Below are positions 37,359 to 47,234 of a stretch of DNA of 64,000 nucleotides, piece by piece. The notes under the pieces were generated by a model that made no database searches, was not told the DNA's origin, and saw only the letters and a program-made list of their open reading frames with translations. Positions within the stretch are counted from its first letter, which is position 1. Each line of letters opens with the position of its first letter. Both the position numbers and the translations under genes were made by a program. Source of the DNA: Candidatus Aenigmatarchaeota archaeon (GTDB lineage: Archaea > Aenigmatarchaeota > Aenigmatarchaeia > CG10238-14 > SCSR01); NCBI GenBank assembly GCA_016187385.1, contig JACPJU010000001.1, positions 337,144-401,143 of the forward strand. Direction: 5' to 3'.

Positions 37359-37679
37359 CTAGTTCAAAAGCTTTATCTCAATCCTGACATCTTGCGGGAT
37401 GTTGACCCTCATTATCTGTCTCAATGCTCTGTCGTCAGCTTGTACATCCAGAACCCTTTTGTGTATTCTCATCTCGAATTTGCTCCAAGTCGCGTTACCG
37501 TGACCTGTACCGTCACCAGAAGGAGTCTTCAAAACAGTCAGTTTCATCTTTTTTGTCGGCAATGGAATAGGACCGTGATAATCGATGCCGAATTTTCTAG
37601 CAATTTCTCTGATCTCATTGCAAATAGAATCCAGTTCCTGTATGTTCCTTCCGCTTAGTTTTATTCTTGCAGTTTGCAT
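37359..37679 (-). CDS. rps10: 30S ribosomal protein S10 (uS10)
   Basis: 106 aa, conserved uS10 sequence, downstream of tuf as in archaeal str operons. Confidence 0.9.
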   Translation of the reverse strand: MQTARIKLSGRNIQELDSICNEIREIARKFGIDYHGPIPLPTKKMKLTVLKTPSGDGTGHGNATWSKFEMRIHKRVLDVQADDRALRQIMRVNIPQDVRIEIKLLN

Positions 37680-37760
37680 ACTCTTTTAATTGGATGATTA
37701 ATTTAAAAAGGTTTATTACAAACAGAAATTCCCGACGAATATAGATTCCAGAATAATAAT

Positions 37761-39038
37761 TTACTTCGCCTTAACCACATCTATACAAACGCCAGCTGCA
37801 ACTGTCATTCCCATGTCCCTGATAGCGAATCTTGCCATCTGCGGGAATTCCGACTGTTTTTCAATGACCAAAGGCTTCAACGGCTTTACCTTGATTCTTG
37901 CCGCGTCTCCTGTCTTGATGAAATCAGGCTTTTCCTGAACGACCTGTCCCGTCTTCGGATCTATCTTCGCGATTATTTCCTCTATCGTGCATGCTACCGC
38001 TGCTGTATGTGCATGGAATACTGGAGTGTATCCTGCTGTTATGACAGTAGGATGCTGCAAAACAACAATCTGAGCTGTGAATTCCTTGGCTACAGTAGGT
38101 GGACTGTCAGGATGACCTACAACATCGCCTTTCTTTATCTGCGACTTGTCAACGCCCCTGACATTAAAGCCAACATTGTCTCCAGGAACGGCTTGCGGCA
38201 ATTGCTGGTGATGGATTTCAACCGACTTGACCTCGCCCACAACACCTTCAGGTTCGAAAACAATCTTATCATTGATCTTCATAACGCCTGTTTCAACCCT
38301 GCCGACTGGGACAGTTCCCACACCTGTGATTGAATAGACATCCTGTACAGGTAGCCTCAACGGCTTGGTAAGAAGCTTTTCTGGTTCCTTTATTTTTTGA
38401 TCCAGTGTTTCCAATAGAGTAGGTCCATTGTACCATGGCATCTTGTCTGATTTCTTTGCAATATTCTCTCCTTGGTAGCCTGAGATAGGAATAAATGCTA
38501 TTTCGTCAGTTTTGTATCCGACTCCCTGCAAAAGCTTTGTCGCCTCTGTCTTTATTTCTTCGAATCTCTTCTGGTCGTAATTGGCGGCATCCATCTTGTT
38601 AACGGCAACCATGAGCTGGTTGATACCCAAGACTTTCATGAGCCAGACGTGCTCCTTTGTCTGTTCCTGTATTCCTTCGCCCGGCTTCCCAGAGATAACT
38701 AGAATGGCGGCATCTGCCTGCGACGCGCCTGTGATCATGTTCTTGACAAAGTCCCTGTGACCCGGCGCATCTATAATTGTAAAGTACCATTTCTGCGTTT
38801 CGAAAGGTCTGTGCATGATGTCAATCGTAACGCCTCTTTCTCTTTCTTCCTTGAGCTTGTCCATTACAAAAGCGAATTCAAATGTTTCTTTCTTGACTTC
38901 AGTAGCTATTTCCTTCAATTTCCTCATTTCTTCTTCCCTGATGGCGCCTGTATCGAACAAGAGCCTACCGACTAGTGTAGACTTGCCTGCGTCTACGTGC
39001 CCTGCTGTCATTATGTTTATGTGCGGTTTTTGTGCCAT
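37761..39038 (-). CDS. tuf: Elongation factor 1-alpha (aEF-1A)
   Basis: 425 aa with the G-domain motifs [14 protein letters not shown] and NKMD. Confidence 0.95.
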   Translation of the reverse strand: MAQKPHINIMTAGHVDAGKSTLVGRLLFDTGAIREEEMRKLKEIATEVKKETFEFAFVMDKLKEERERGVTIDIMHRPFETQKWYFTIIDAPGHRDFVKNMITGASQADAAILVISGKPGEGIQEQTKEHVWLMKVLGINQLMVAVNKMDAANYDQKRFEEIKTEATKLLQGVGYKTDEIAFIPISGYQGENIAKKSDKMPWYNGPTLLETLDQKIKEPEKLLTKPLRLPVQDVYSITGVGTVPVGRVETGVMKINDKIVFEPEGVVGEVKSVEIHHQQLPQAVPGDNVGFNVRGVDKSQIKKGDVVGHPDSPPTVAKEFTAQIVVLQHPTVITAGYTPVFHAHTAAVACTIEEIIAKIDPKTGQVVQEKPDFIKTGDAARIKVKPLKPLVIEKQSEFPQMARFAIRDMGMTVAAGVCIDVVKAK

Positions 39039-39089
39039 TCATTCACCGAATTTGCTTAATCTATTTCATCAGTTAGATTTAAATAATTT

Positions 39090-42000
39090 TTAAACTTCAG
39101 GTTGCGGTATATCCTCAGGCAATCCTTTCCTCTTCCTGATAGCTCTGACAACAGATTCAAACAAGTCCTTTGGCACCCTCTCGAATGAGGTCTCTATAAG
39201 CGAGTAGAATCCTCTTCCGCTTGTCGCTGATTTCAATGACGCATCAAACCCAAACATATCGCTGACAGGAAGCTTTGCCGTGATGACAGAAGCGCCCCTT
39301 TCATCTTTCATGTCAATTATCTGTCCTCTCCTATTCTCGACTTCTCTTATGGCCTCTCCAATCAGTTCGCTTGGAATATCTATTCTGATAATCTGTTTCG
39401 GCTCGAGCATTTGTGCATTGGCGACAAGCATAGCTTGCCTGATCCCCCACCTGACAGCAGGCCTTATCTGTCCTTCGCCGCGATGGACAGGATCCTCGTG
39501 CAATTCCGCGTCGAACAATTTTATTTTCAATTTCGTGCACGGATCCCTCGCCAAAGGTCCGTCATCCATCACATCCACAAATGCATCCTTGACCATTTCA
39601 ATGACTTCATTCAGAAACTGAACACCTTTTGTCATGTCGATAAATACATTCTTGTTGTGCATGAAAACAATATTCCTCGCCTCGTCATAATCCATTCCAC
39701 TGTCCCTGAATTTCTGGAACAATTCGATGTTCTTCTTTTTGATCGTCCCATCGCTCGGCAACTCCCCATTCATCATGGCCTGATACACGCCTTCCTCCAA
39801 AGGCTCGACCTTGATGGCAAACTTGTTGTGTTTGTTCGGCGACTTGCCTTCTATCTCAGGCGAAGGTTCGAAAATAGTCTCACGATAAACAACGATAGGC
39901 TTGGACATCTCCACATCTATTCCCAAATCCTGCAGCTTGTGCTCGACTTTGATTTCAAGATGCAACTCTCCAAGACCAGAGACAAGATATTCGCCTGTTT
40001 CCTGATTTATTTTGATTGCTAGTGTGGGATCCTCCCTTCCCAATCTTTTCAATGCATCGACAAGCTTCGGCAAATCCATTGGATTCTTCGGCTCGATTGA
40101 TTTCGTTACAACAGGCTCGAACAAATGTTTTATTTCCTCGAACGGCTCTATAGTCTTGCCTGCGTCAGTCACAGTCTCTCCTGTAAACGCATCCTGCATT
40201 CCGACAAGCCCTACAATATTTCCCGCAGGGATTTCTTCCACAGGAATTCTTTGTATCCCCTTGTACACTGCAACTTGCTGTATCTTCTCCTGTTTTTTCG
40301 CTGTCAAGAGCTGTGCATCTTTTCCTCTGAAGACTCTCCCCGAGAAAACCCTCCCCGTCGCAACAAATCCAACATGCGGATCAGGAACCATTTTTGTGAT
40401 AATCATCGCAAGTTGACCGTCAGGATTGCACGCGAGCATGTCCTTTCCGACCTGTGAATCCAAATCACCCTTCCATATTTTTGGCAGCCTGTATTTTTGA
40501 GAATCTATAGGATTCGGCAGATGCCTGACAATAGTGTCCAAAACAACCTGATGCATCGGCGCTCTTCTCACCAATTCATCTTCATTCTCAGCAAGAGTCA
40601 ACTCGATTATATCCTTGAATGTGATTCCTGTCTTTTTCATATAAGGGATCGATATTGCCCATTTCCTGAAAGCAGACCCCATGACAACAGAACCATCAAT
40701 GACATTCACCAGCCATTTCTGCTTGTATTCCTCAGGTGCATATTTCTGAATGTACATGTTAACATCACGTATGACTTCCTCGAATCTTCTCTGCATCTGC
40801 TCGGGCGTCAGCTTCAATTCGCGAATGAATCTGTCAACTTTGTTGATGAACAGCACCGGCTTTACATATTCCCTCAATGCCTGACGAAGAACAGTTTCTG
40901 TCTGAGGCATTATACCTTCAACAGGATCTATCAGTACTATTGTTCCGTCGACAGCCCTCATAGCTTTTGTAACATCACCGCCAAAATCGACGTGACCTGG
41001 TGTGTCAACCAAGTTAATGAGATAGTCTTGTCCTTCGAATTCATGGACCATTGAAACATTCGCACCATAAACGGTCAACTGCCTCTTTCTTTCTTCGGGA
41101 TCAAACCATGTGACCATAGCCTTGCCAGACATTTCCTCGGCAATCATTCCCGCACCAGCCATAAGATTGTCCGTAAGAGTTGTATTGTGGATGATCAAAC
41201 CTTCTGCGACGAAGTTTTTATTATCTGGAACGGAAAAATCATAAACAAACTCTATGTTGTAAACTTTTCTAATTTCTTTAATTCTATTGGTATAAAACTT
41301 ATTATCAACAAATCTTTTAAGTAAATTTAGTTTTTCTTGAAGCTGAATAGTCGCGTTTTGACTATTTGTTTCTATTATATTATGAATCGTATCTAAAGAA
41401 TAACCAAGTTCTTTATCTGTGTATATTCTATTTCCGTTTGGATTCTCTAATTTTGAGAAATTATCTATGTTCAAATAATCGAATTTTTTATTGTTTTCAG
41501 ACTCAAATAGAAGTTTATCAAATTTATTTTGCTTATGAGGTAATTCAAATCCTATTTGAGAGTATGCGTATAGTGCTTTACCAGAAATATAAAGTACCCA
41601 TGCTTCAAATAACCTGTTATTTAATTTCACTTCTTTTTTATTTATCCAACTTGTGCACCCAAACTTTAATAGATTTAAGCTTAAACTATGTAAAAAGCCT
41701 TTACTGACTGATGTAGCCGATACAGAAGTTTGTTCTACTGTACCATCAGCATCCATGTAACCTCTTATAAAACTTGCAAGTAATTTTTTGCTAACAATTT
41801 CTAATATTTCTGGTATCTTTATATTGTGGCTTTTGTCAATTCTCGGATATTCAAAAAGAATTTCGAAGATCTTTTCAAGAGTAAAACCACCATTCAAATA
41901 GATTCTAGGACATTTTTTACCGTATACTTTAATAGAAGGGGATATCTGTAATATTTCTTTGCATATTTTAATGACTTCCTTGTGTATGTAAGAATCTTTG

Positions 42001-42869
42001 TTATCTAAAGTTAAATTTACACTACCGTCACCAAACATCAAACCAACTAAATAGAAAAATTTTCCCCATTCATATTCAGTTTTAGGAAGACGTAATTTTA
42101 CCGATGCCCTAGAGCCGAATCTTTTTAGACCTTTTCTGTATGAAAGGAACTTTATGTGCTCATATATATGGTCCTCTTTTACCCCAAATCTCTTAATAAT
42201 TTTCAATAAATCCTTCAATCTATACCTTCCTCTCCAAACTCCATGATAGAAGGAAAGTAATTTTAAAGGCGATCCTATTTCCTTCCAAACTAACTCTCTA
42301 TTATTTTCGACTATCCTTTTGTGTAGATGGTTTTTATATTCGTCATCAAGGTATACGTAAAATCCGATATCATCAGATAATTTTGTTAAGAAAATACGTT
42401 TTACCTCATCGATAGATACATGATAATAATCTAATTTTCTAGGGCATAGTACAGCATCACCGATTTTTAATTCATTAGAAGGTTTTTCTGTAATTTCGCA
42501 AGATTTGTCAAATAAAATAAACTTGTGTTCTGGAGTCACCTTGATACTTTTCCCATCTGCTAAAACAACTTCCAACAAACTTTCTGTTGATTTTAGTCTC
42601 CAAATATGTGTTACTTTTTTATTTTCTATTTTTAGCGCATCTTTGTTGAATGAAGGCACTGTAAAATCAAGATGGGAAATATCAATTATTTTTTCATCTC
42701 TGTTTTCTCTGACTAATTTAGAATTATGTTCAAATTCTTTGAAAATTGTTTCGGCTTCAACGAACTTGCCATTGGATAAAGCTATCCGAGTATCAGGAGA
42801 TACACATTTGCCATGATGAACAAACTCGTAGATATAGCAATTACTAAATCTATTGCGAGGACGTGGCAA
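39090..42869 (-). CDS. fusA: Elongation factor 2 (aEF-2) interrupted by a large LAGLIDADG-containing intein in the P-loop
   Basis: The 1259-aa ORF has a TTG start in the track. The exteins are EF-2: ...HHGK | TTLTDNLMAGAGMIAEEM...DTPGHVDF...NKVDR..., plus the full domains II-V. The insert CVSPDTRIALSNGK ... GLIIHN carries intein block A and LAGLIDADG motifs LVGLMFGDGSV and IRGYMDADGTV. Confidence 0.9.
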   Translation of the reverse strand: MPRPRNRFSNCYIYEFVHHGKCVSPDTRIALSNGKFVEAETIFKEFEHNSKLVRENRDEKIIDISHLDFTVPSFNKDALKIENKKVTHIWRLKSTESLLEVVLADGKSIKVTPEHKFILFDKSCEITEKPSNELKIGDAVLCPRKLDYYHVSIDEVKRIFLTKLSDDIGFYVYLDDEYKNHLHKRIVENNRELVWKEIGSPLKLLSFYHGVWRGRYRLKDLLKIIKRFGVKEDHIYEHIKFLSYRKGLKRFGSRASVKLRLPKTEYEWGKFFYLVGLMFGDGSVNLTLDNKDSYIHKEVIKICKEILQISPSIKVYGKKCPRIYLNGGFTLEKIFEILFEYPRIDKSHNIKIPEILEIVSKKLLASFIRGYMDADGTVEQTSVSATSVSKGFLHSLSLNLLKFGCTSWINKKEVKLNNRLFEAWVLYISGKALYAYSQIGFELPHKQNKFDKLLFESENNKKFDYLNIDNFSKLENPNGNRIYTDKELGYSLDTIHNIIETNSQNATIQLQEKLNLLKRFVDNKFYTNRIKEIRKVYNIEFVYDFSVPDNKNFVAEGLIIHNTTLTDNLMAGAGMIAEEMSGKAMVTWFDPEERKRQLTVYGANVSMVHEFEGQDYLINLVDTPGHVDFGGDVTKAMRAVDGTIVLIDPVEGIMPQTETVLRQALREYVKPVLFINKVDRFIRELKLTPEQMQRRFEEVIRDVNMYIQKYAPEEYKQKWLVNVIDGSVVMGSAFRKWAISIPYMKKTGITFKDIIELTLAENEDELVRRAPMHQVVLDTIVRHLPNPIDSQKYRLPKIWKGDLDSQVGKDMLACNPDGQLAMIITKMVPDPHVGFVATGRVFSGRVFRGKDAQLLTAKKQEKIQQVAVYKGIQRIPVEEIPAGNIVGLVGMQDAFTGETVTDAGKTIEPFEEIKHLFEPVVTKSIEPKNPMDLPKLVDALKRLGREDPTLAIKINQETGEYLVSGLGELHLEIKVEHKLQDLGIDVEMSKPIVVYRETIFEPSPEIEGKSPNKHNKFAIKVEPLEEGVYQAMMNGELPSDGTIKKKNIELFQKFRDSGMDYDEARNIVFMHNKNVFIDMTKGVQFLNEVIEMVKDAFVDVMDDGPLARDPCTKLKIKLFDAELHEDPVHRGEGQIRPAVRWGIRQAMLVANAQMLEPKQIIRIDIPSELIGEAIREVENRRGQIIDMKDERGASVITAKLPVSDMFGFDASLKSATSGRGFYSLIETSFERVPKDLFESVVRAIRKRKGLPEDIPQPEV
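41184..42806 (-). mobile_element. Intein (about 541 aa) with a LAGLIDADG homing-endonuclease domain, inserted in the EF-2 P-loop (GK|TT)
   Basis: Cys1 at protein residue 22, C-terminal His-Asn at residues 561-562, +1 Thr. It has intein block A and two LAGLIDADG motifs. Confidence 0.8.
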
Positions 42870-43007
42870 TATTTCTAATTCTCGTAGGATCCTTCATTAC
42901 CTCTACAATCCTTTCTGTCATTTCTTTCTTAGCCGTTTTTAGTCACCCCCATTAATTTATTTTAGATTATGACTTAAAATCCAAAATTTATAAAGACCAC
43001 TTGATTC

Positions 43008-43229
43008 TTATCTCCTCTTCAATCTTACTACCTTTATCATATCCCCTTTAACATCCGGATAAGTATCTTCAATTTCACCTTGCATATGCTTTGCTAAATA
43101 TATTGAGACTGTTGATCTATCTAGTCCAGTTCTTCTTGATATTTCTCTTATCCATAGACCTTTTGGATTTTTCTTCAACACTTTTCTAATCAATTCAATT
43201 TTATCTATATCAGGACCTTTCTTAGACAT
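43008..43229 (-). CDS. Small winged-helix DNA-binding protein
   Basis: 73 aa (LWIREISRRTGLDRSTVSIYLAKHMQGE). Confidence 0.45.
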   Translation of the reverse strand: MSKKGPDIDKIELIRKVLKKNPKGLWIREISRRTGLDRSTVSIYLAKHMQGEIEDTYPDVKGDMIKVVRLKRR

Positions 43230-43343
43230 AAGTTATTATTAGACACGTGTCTAATTAAAGATTTCTGTAATCTGAGACACACACCTCAAATTGTCTTGTA
43301 AAAAGCTATTAAGCTTTATCATCAATCAATATGTTAAGATTTC

Positions 43344-44051
43344 ATGTTAAACATAGAAAATTTTGTAGCTTACAAAATATCTCTTAAAACATTAGTAGGA
43401 TATAACCCAATAACGGGTGAGGTAAATCCTAATGTAGCAAATATTATCCAAAGACAAGCAGAAGAATTAAAGCTCAGAAGTCGCATACATCCAAGTCTTG
43501 TAGGATATGCAGAAAATAGACTTAGGAGAAAACTAACGACTGAAGACTATGTAAGTGCTGCTTATCATCAGTCCCTTAAAAGAGATATCCTAACACATGC
43601 ATATAGAAATGGAATTGCTATTACAGGTGCCCGTACATATATGGAACTTAGTCCTCCGATGGAAGCATTAATTGCTCCAAAACAAGATGCTCAGAAACGT
43701 TTGGTGACATTCTTTAACGAATTGGATGTAATGTCGCAAACTAAATATAATCACCAAATACCAAAGCTACCCAATGAAACAGAATTCAATCCAGATAATC
43801 TAACTCATCCAGTTGCCGCAAGAATAGATTTATCTAAATTAGACGATTTTCAAAAGTGGTATCAAGAAGCTTTAGAGCGACAAAAAATTTCTGAAATAAG
43901 TTGGCCAAGGGAGTACCGAGAATTTTACGAGTTCCACGATAGTCATGAACCAAAGGGAGAACTGCAGATTCTTGAGGAAAAGCTATTCGGAAAAATCGAT
44001 ATACCTTCACAGGCAGAAGAAATAGAATTAGTTGGAAAGACTTGTCTTTAA
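43344..44051 (+). CDS. Hypothetical protein
   Basis: 235-aa ORF, divergent from the small wHTH gene. It is inserted between rps7 and fusA. Confidence 0.4.
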   Translation: MLNIENFVAYKISLKTLVGYNPITGEVNPNVANIIQRQAEELKLRSRIHPSLVGYAENRLRRKLTTEDYVSAAYHQSLKRDILTHAYRNGIAITGARTYMELSPPMEALIAPKQDAQKRLVTFFNELDVMSQTKYNHQIPKLPNETEFNPDNLTHPVAARIDLSKLDDFQKWYQEALERQKISEISWPREYREFYEFHDSHEPKGELQILEEKLFGKIDIPSQAEEIELVGKTCL

Positions 44052-44063
44052 TTTAATGTGTTT

Positions 44064-44666
44064 TTATCTCGCGCCTTCAGATTCCTTTTCTACTCTTTCC
44101 TTCTCCTTTATCGCTTCGCTCTTTGAAGCATCATTGTTGTATGTTGCTATAATCTCGTCAACAAGAGCATCAACCATATTCAATTTCTTACCGAAAGCTT
44201 TCTTGTATACAGATTGTGTAATCCCTCTCAGTGCAAGATCGACTCTTCTCTGCGGTGATGTGATTACAGCCCTGCGTACAATTATTCCTCCAACCTGATA
44301 ACCTGCAATCTCTTCCCTGAGCGCGGCATTCTCCACAGCCCTCACTAGAACTTCCACAGGATTCTTCTTTGTCCTTTCATGAATCTTGTCAAACGCCTTC
44401 TTTACTATATTATATGTCGTTATGTACCTTCCAACTACTCTCCCGGAAGTCATGAAATGTTTCCTGCTTTTATGCCCAGGCACCATCATCTTTGTTATCA
44501 GCCTTTCAATAATGTCCATCTTTGACTTGTGAAACTGGTGCTGAGAAAATCTACCAGAGGTTTTTGGCGTCATTCTAGGCTTCAGATTGATGTGAGCCTT
44601 TAGTCCTGCGTCATTCACCTGAACTTCGCTTACATCCCATTTGTTGAAAAGTTTCAATTCGCTCAT
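44064..44666 (-). CDS. rps7: 30S ribosomal protein S7 (uS7)
   Basis: 200 aa with the conserved uS7 core (VRRAVITSPQRRVDLALRGI). Confidence 0.85.
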   Translation of the reverse strand: MSELKLFNKWDVSEVQVNDAGLKAHINLKPRMTPKTSGRFSQHQFHKSKMDIIERLITKMMVPGHKSRKHFMTSGRVVGRYITTYNIVKKAFDKIHERTKKNPVEVLVRAVENAALREEIAGYQVGGIIVRRAVITSPQRRVDLALRGITQSVYKKAFGKKLNMVDALVDEIIATYNNDASKSEAIKEKERVEKESEGAR

Positions 44667-44947
44667 CTTTTCACCTTATGATAAATAAAAAATAAAAGTA
44701 TAGATGCTAGATACCAGAAAATTATATCGGATAGTAAAAACATAATACTAAACTCGTCAAACATACCCTCTCCTATAAGAATAAAGGAAAATGGAAAACC
44801 AAAATAACTCCCGCAAATACCTGGTTTATCCACATAATCTATACAAACAGCTTTAGAAAGGAATACACCTGAAATTAAAAATAAGGGTGCAAACAAAATA
44901 ACGATTTTCCAATTGAATAATGAGTTCCATTCAAGTTTCATAATCAT
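44663..44947 (-). CDS. Small hydrophobic hypothetical protein between rps12 and rps7
   Basis: 94 aa, 3 predicted TM. ATGA overlaps with both neighbours suggest co-translation within the str operon. Confidence 0.35.
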   Translation of the reverse strand: MIMKLEWNSLFNWKIVILFAPLFLISGVFLSKAVCIDYVDKPGICGSYFGFPFSFILIGEGMFDEFSIMFLLSDIIFWYLASILLFFIYHKVKR

Positions 44948-45366
44948 CTCGCCGGTTTCTGCTTCTTTCCAGATAAAATCTGCTCAAGATTAACGCCATT
45001 GACTGATACAACCTTGTATTTTAATCCAGCCATGCTACCAACCGAGCCTCCCTGAGAACCGCCCATTCCAACTATCAAAACTTCATCATGTTCATTTATG
45101 TTATTGGTGGCTTTATTGCCAGGGACAAAAGCAGTCACTTGTATGTTGTTTTTTATCAACTGTACTCTAACAGCTTTTATCAGACCTGAAGAAGGCTGCT
45201 TTTGTTCGACATTCCTCTTGCTTATCACAAGTCCGCGTGCCTGCGGAGCCCCGCCCAATGGACCATCTTTCCATAATTTTTTCTTCTTTTGCACGTAATC
45301 TATCTTCTTCCACCTAAAATGACCTCTAATCTTTTCCAATCTTCTTGCAGCAAATTCTCCTGGCAT
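44944..45366 (-). CDS. rps12: 30S ribosomal protein S12 (uS12)
   Basis: 140 aa with conserved uS12 blocks (PSSGLIKAVRVQLIKN...VLIVGMGGSQGG). Confidence 0.85.
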   Translation of the reverse strand: MPGEFAARRLEKIRGHFRWKKIDYVQKKKKLWKDGPLGGAPQARGLVISKRNVEQKQPSSGLIKAVRVQLIKNNIQVTAFVPGNKATNNINEHDEVLIVGMGGSQGGSVGSMAGLKYKVVSVNGVNLEQILSGKKQKPAR

Positions 45367-45367
45367 A

Positions 45368-45790
45368 TTATCTCACTACCACATCAGATATATCGTGGTT
45401 TCTTTGCAATAATTCTTTAAATATCTTTAAATTTCTTCCTTCTCTACCTATCACGACGGCTTTGTCCTTCTTATCAAGCCATATTTCGACCGAATTGTTA
45501 CCATCATCTTGTTTGAATTTCAATGAATTTACCTGCGGTATCAAGTTTTTCACAAACCTTTCAATGTCATTCGAGAACTCAAAAATCCTGATGTCCTTCT
45601 TTATCATGTTCTCGGTGTTTCTTACGCTCGCGCCATTCTTTCCAATGGCCTTTCCAATCTCACCCTCGTCTATAATCAGATAGACCGTATTGTTGTCGTT
45701 GTCAATCAAACAGTCCTTCACATTGGTGTGAGTCAAATTTTCGAAAAGTGTTATCAGTCTTATCGTTTCTGTGTCGAATGTCACTGGCAT
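45368..45790 (-). CDS. nusA: Archaeal NusA (KH-domain transcription termination factor)
   Basis: 140 aa with two KH-like segments (IGKAIGKNGASVRN..., VVIGREGRNLK). Confidence 0.75.
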   Translation of the reverse strand: MPVTFDTETIRLITLFENLTHTNVKDCLIDNDNNTVYLIIDEGEIGKAIGKNGASVRNTENMIKKDIRIFEFSNDIERFVKNLIPQVNSLKFKQDDGNNSVEIWLDKKDKAVVIGREGRNLKIFKELLQRNHDISDVVVR

Positions 45791-45793
45791 GTT

Positions 45794-46057
45794 TCATCCT
45801 TTTATTACTATGGCGGATACCGGATAAGGTTTGCCGCAAATAACACCCAGCTCCCTGCTGGTACCATCAAACACTTCCAATTTTATTTTTCCAACCTTTG
45901 CATTATGTTCAATCTCTTTCCTGCTACTAACCGGAAGATTGTTCGCTACGACAACTAATTTCGGTTTCCCTGTCTTTATGAATGTGATTGACTCGTTATA
46001 TCCGATAATTGTCTTGTTCGATTTTATAGAAGACTGTATTTCTTCAACTACTGTCAT
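45794..46057 (-). CDS. rpl30e: 50S ribosomal protein L30e
   Basis: 87 aa (KLVVVANNLP...GKPYPVSAIVIK), in the conserved position after rpoA''. Confidence 0.8.
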   Translation of the reverse strand: MTVVEEIQSSIKSNKTIIGYNESITFIKTGKPKLVVVANNLPVSSRKEIEHNAKVGKIKLEVFDGTSRELGVICGKPYPVSAIVIKG

Positions 46058-46112
46058 TAATCCCCACTCAAGAATTAATTGTAATAATGATTTAAATAGT
46101 TAACAAATAAAT

Positions 46113-47234
46113 TTACTCTTCCTCGCTTCTCACAATCAAATCAAACATTCCAGTTCCTGCGGGAACAACCTGTCCGACCATAACATTCTCAAACACCCCC
46201 TGCAGTTTGTCGACTTCATTTCTTATGGAAGCTTTCACTAAATGCTTTATGGTTTCTTCGAATGCAGCTCTCGCAAGAACAGATGTCTTTGCACCAGCGA
46301 CACCGTATCTTCCAATGGAGCTGATCTCGCCATCAAAAGTCATTATGTCAGCCACCAGCATAACATATCTAGCATCAATGTCCAGCGCCTGTTCCTGCAT
46401 TGTCTTCAATGCTTCCCTGACGATAACACTTCTGGCAGCTTCAAGTCCCAGTGCACTTGCGGTTTCATAAATGTCATTCGTATAAGTCTTCTTTTCGTCA
46501 ACTTCCTTAATCTTCAGCACAGTGCTCAGGTTCGTTCCTATTGTATTGATTATCCAGTCGTCGCCCTCCTTTCTGACAAGCGCATTCCTGATTTCCTCAA
46601 CTCCACCAACTCTCAACACAAGAATCTTTTCCTTTACCTTCTGAAGTTCTTTCACATCTTCCGTCTTCACAGTGACAACAACTTTCTCCCCTTTCATCTT
46701 GACGGTTTGATTCTTCAAGTTGTCCATCAAACTTTTGAATACAGAATCTGTTCTTCTTTTGTCGACGACCTCAATCTCAATAGAATTCTCGTTCAGGTTT
46801 AAAGATATCCTCTTTACTATGTTCATTATGTCCTTTTCAACAAGAGCTTCTGCCAATTTCGCAGCTTCGGCCGCATTGTTGTATTCGCTTTTGAGATAAA
46901 TCGTCATCATCGGAGTCTCTGGTTCCTTTTTCGCGTCGAAAATTTCTATAAGTCTAGGCAGACCATAAGTAACTCTTATGCCGGCGATACCTGCAAAATG
47001 ATATGTACGCATTGTCATCTGTGTGGCGGGTTCAGAAATGCTTTGCGCCGCGATAATCCCTATGCTTTCTCCCGGCTCGAAACTTTCTTTTTCATATTCT
47101 TTTTTAATCTGCTCTATCAATTTGTCTTTCTTTTCCTTGCTCAGTCCCATCTTTCGGCTGACCTCGTCTACTTCCTCAATCAGCCTGACCGGCAATTCAG
47201 CTTTTGAATAATCTGTTTGCGATTTCTCCGACAT
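46113..47234 (-). CDS. rpoA2: DNA-directed RNA polymerase subunit A''
   Basis: 373 aa, the C-terminal portion of the largest subunit (GESIGIIAAQSISEPATQMTMRTYHFAG). Confidence 0.9.
   Translation of the reverse strand: MSEKSQTDYSKAELPVRLIEEVDEVSRKMGLSKEKKDKLIEQIKKEYEKESFEPGESIGIIAAQSISEPATQMTMRTYHFAGIAGIRVTYGLPRLIEIFDAKKEPETPMMTIYLKSEYNNAAEAAKLAEALVEKDIMNIVKRISLNLNENSIEIEVVDKRRTDSVFKSLMDNLKNQTVKMKGEKVVVTVKTEDVKELQKVKEKILVLRVGGVEEIRNALVRKEGDDWIINTIGTNLSTVLKIKEVDEKKTYTNDIYETASALGLEAARSVIVREALKTMQEQALDIDARYVMLVADIMTFDGEISSIGRYGVAGAKTSVLARAAFEETIKHLVKASIRNEVDKLQGVFENVMVGQVVPAGTGMFDLIVRSEEE

Noticed and set aside
39411-40457. Large antisense ORFs within EF-2 and the RNAP genes (e.g. 39411..40022, 40012..40416, 46242..46802, 50083..50736)
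   Set aside because: They overlap strongly conserved coding sequence on the opposite strand. Their Ser/Leu-rich, low-complexity composition is typical of antisense frames in AT-rich coding DNA.
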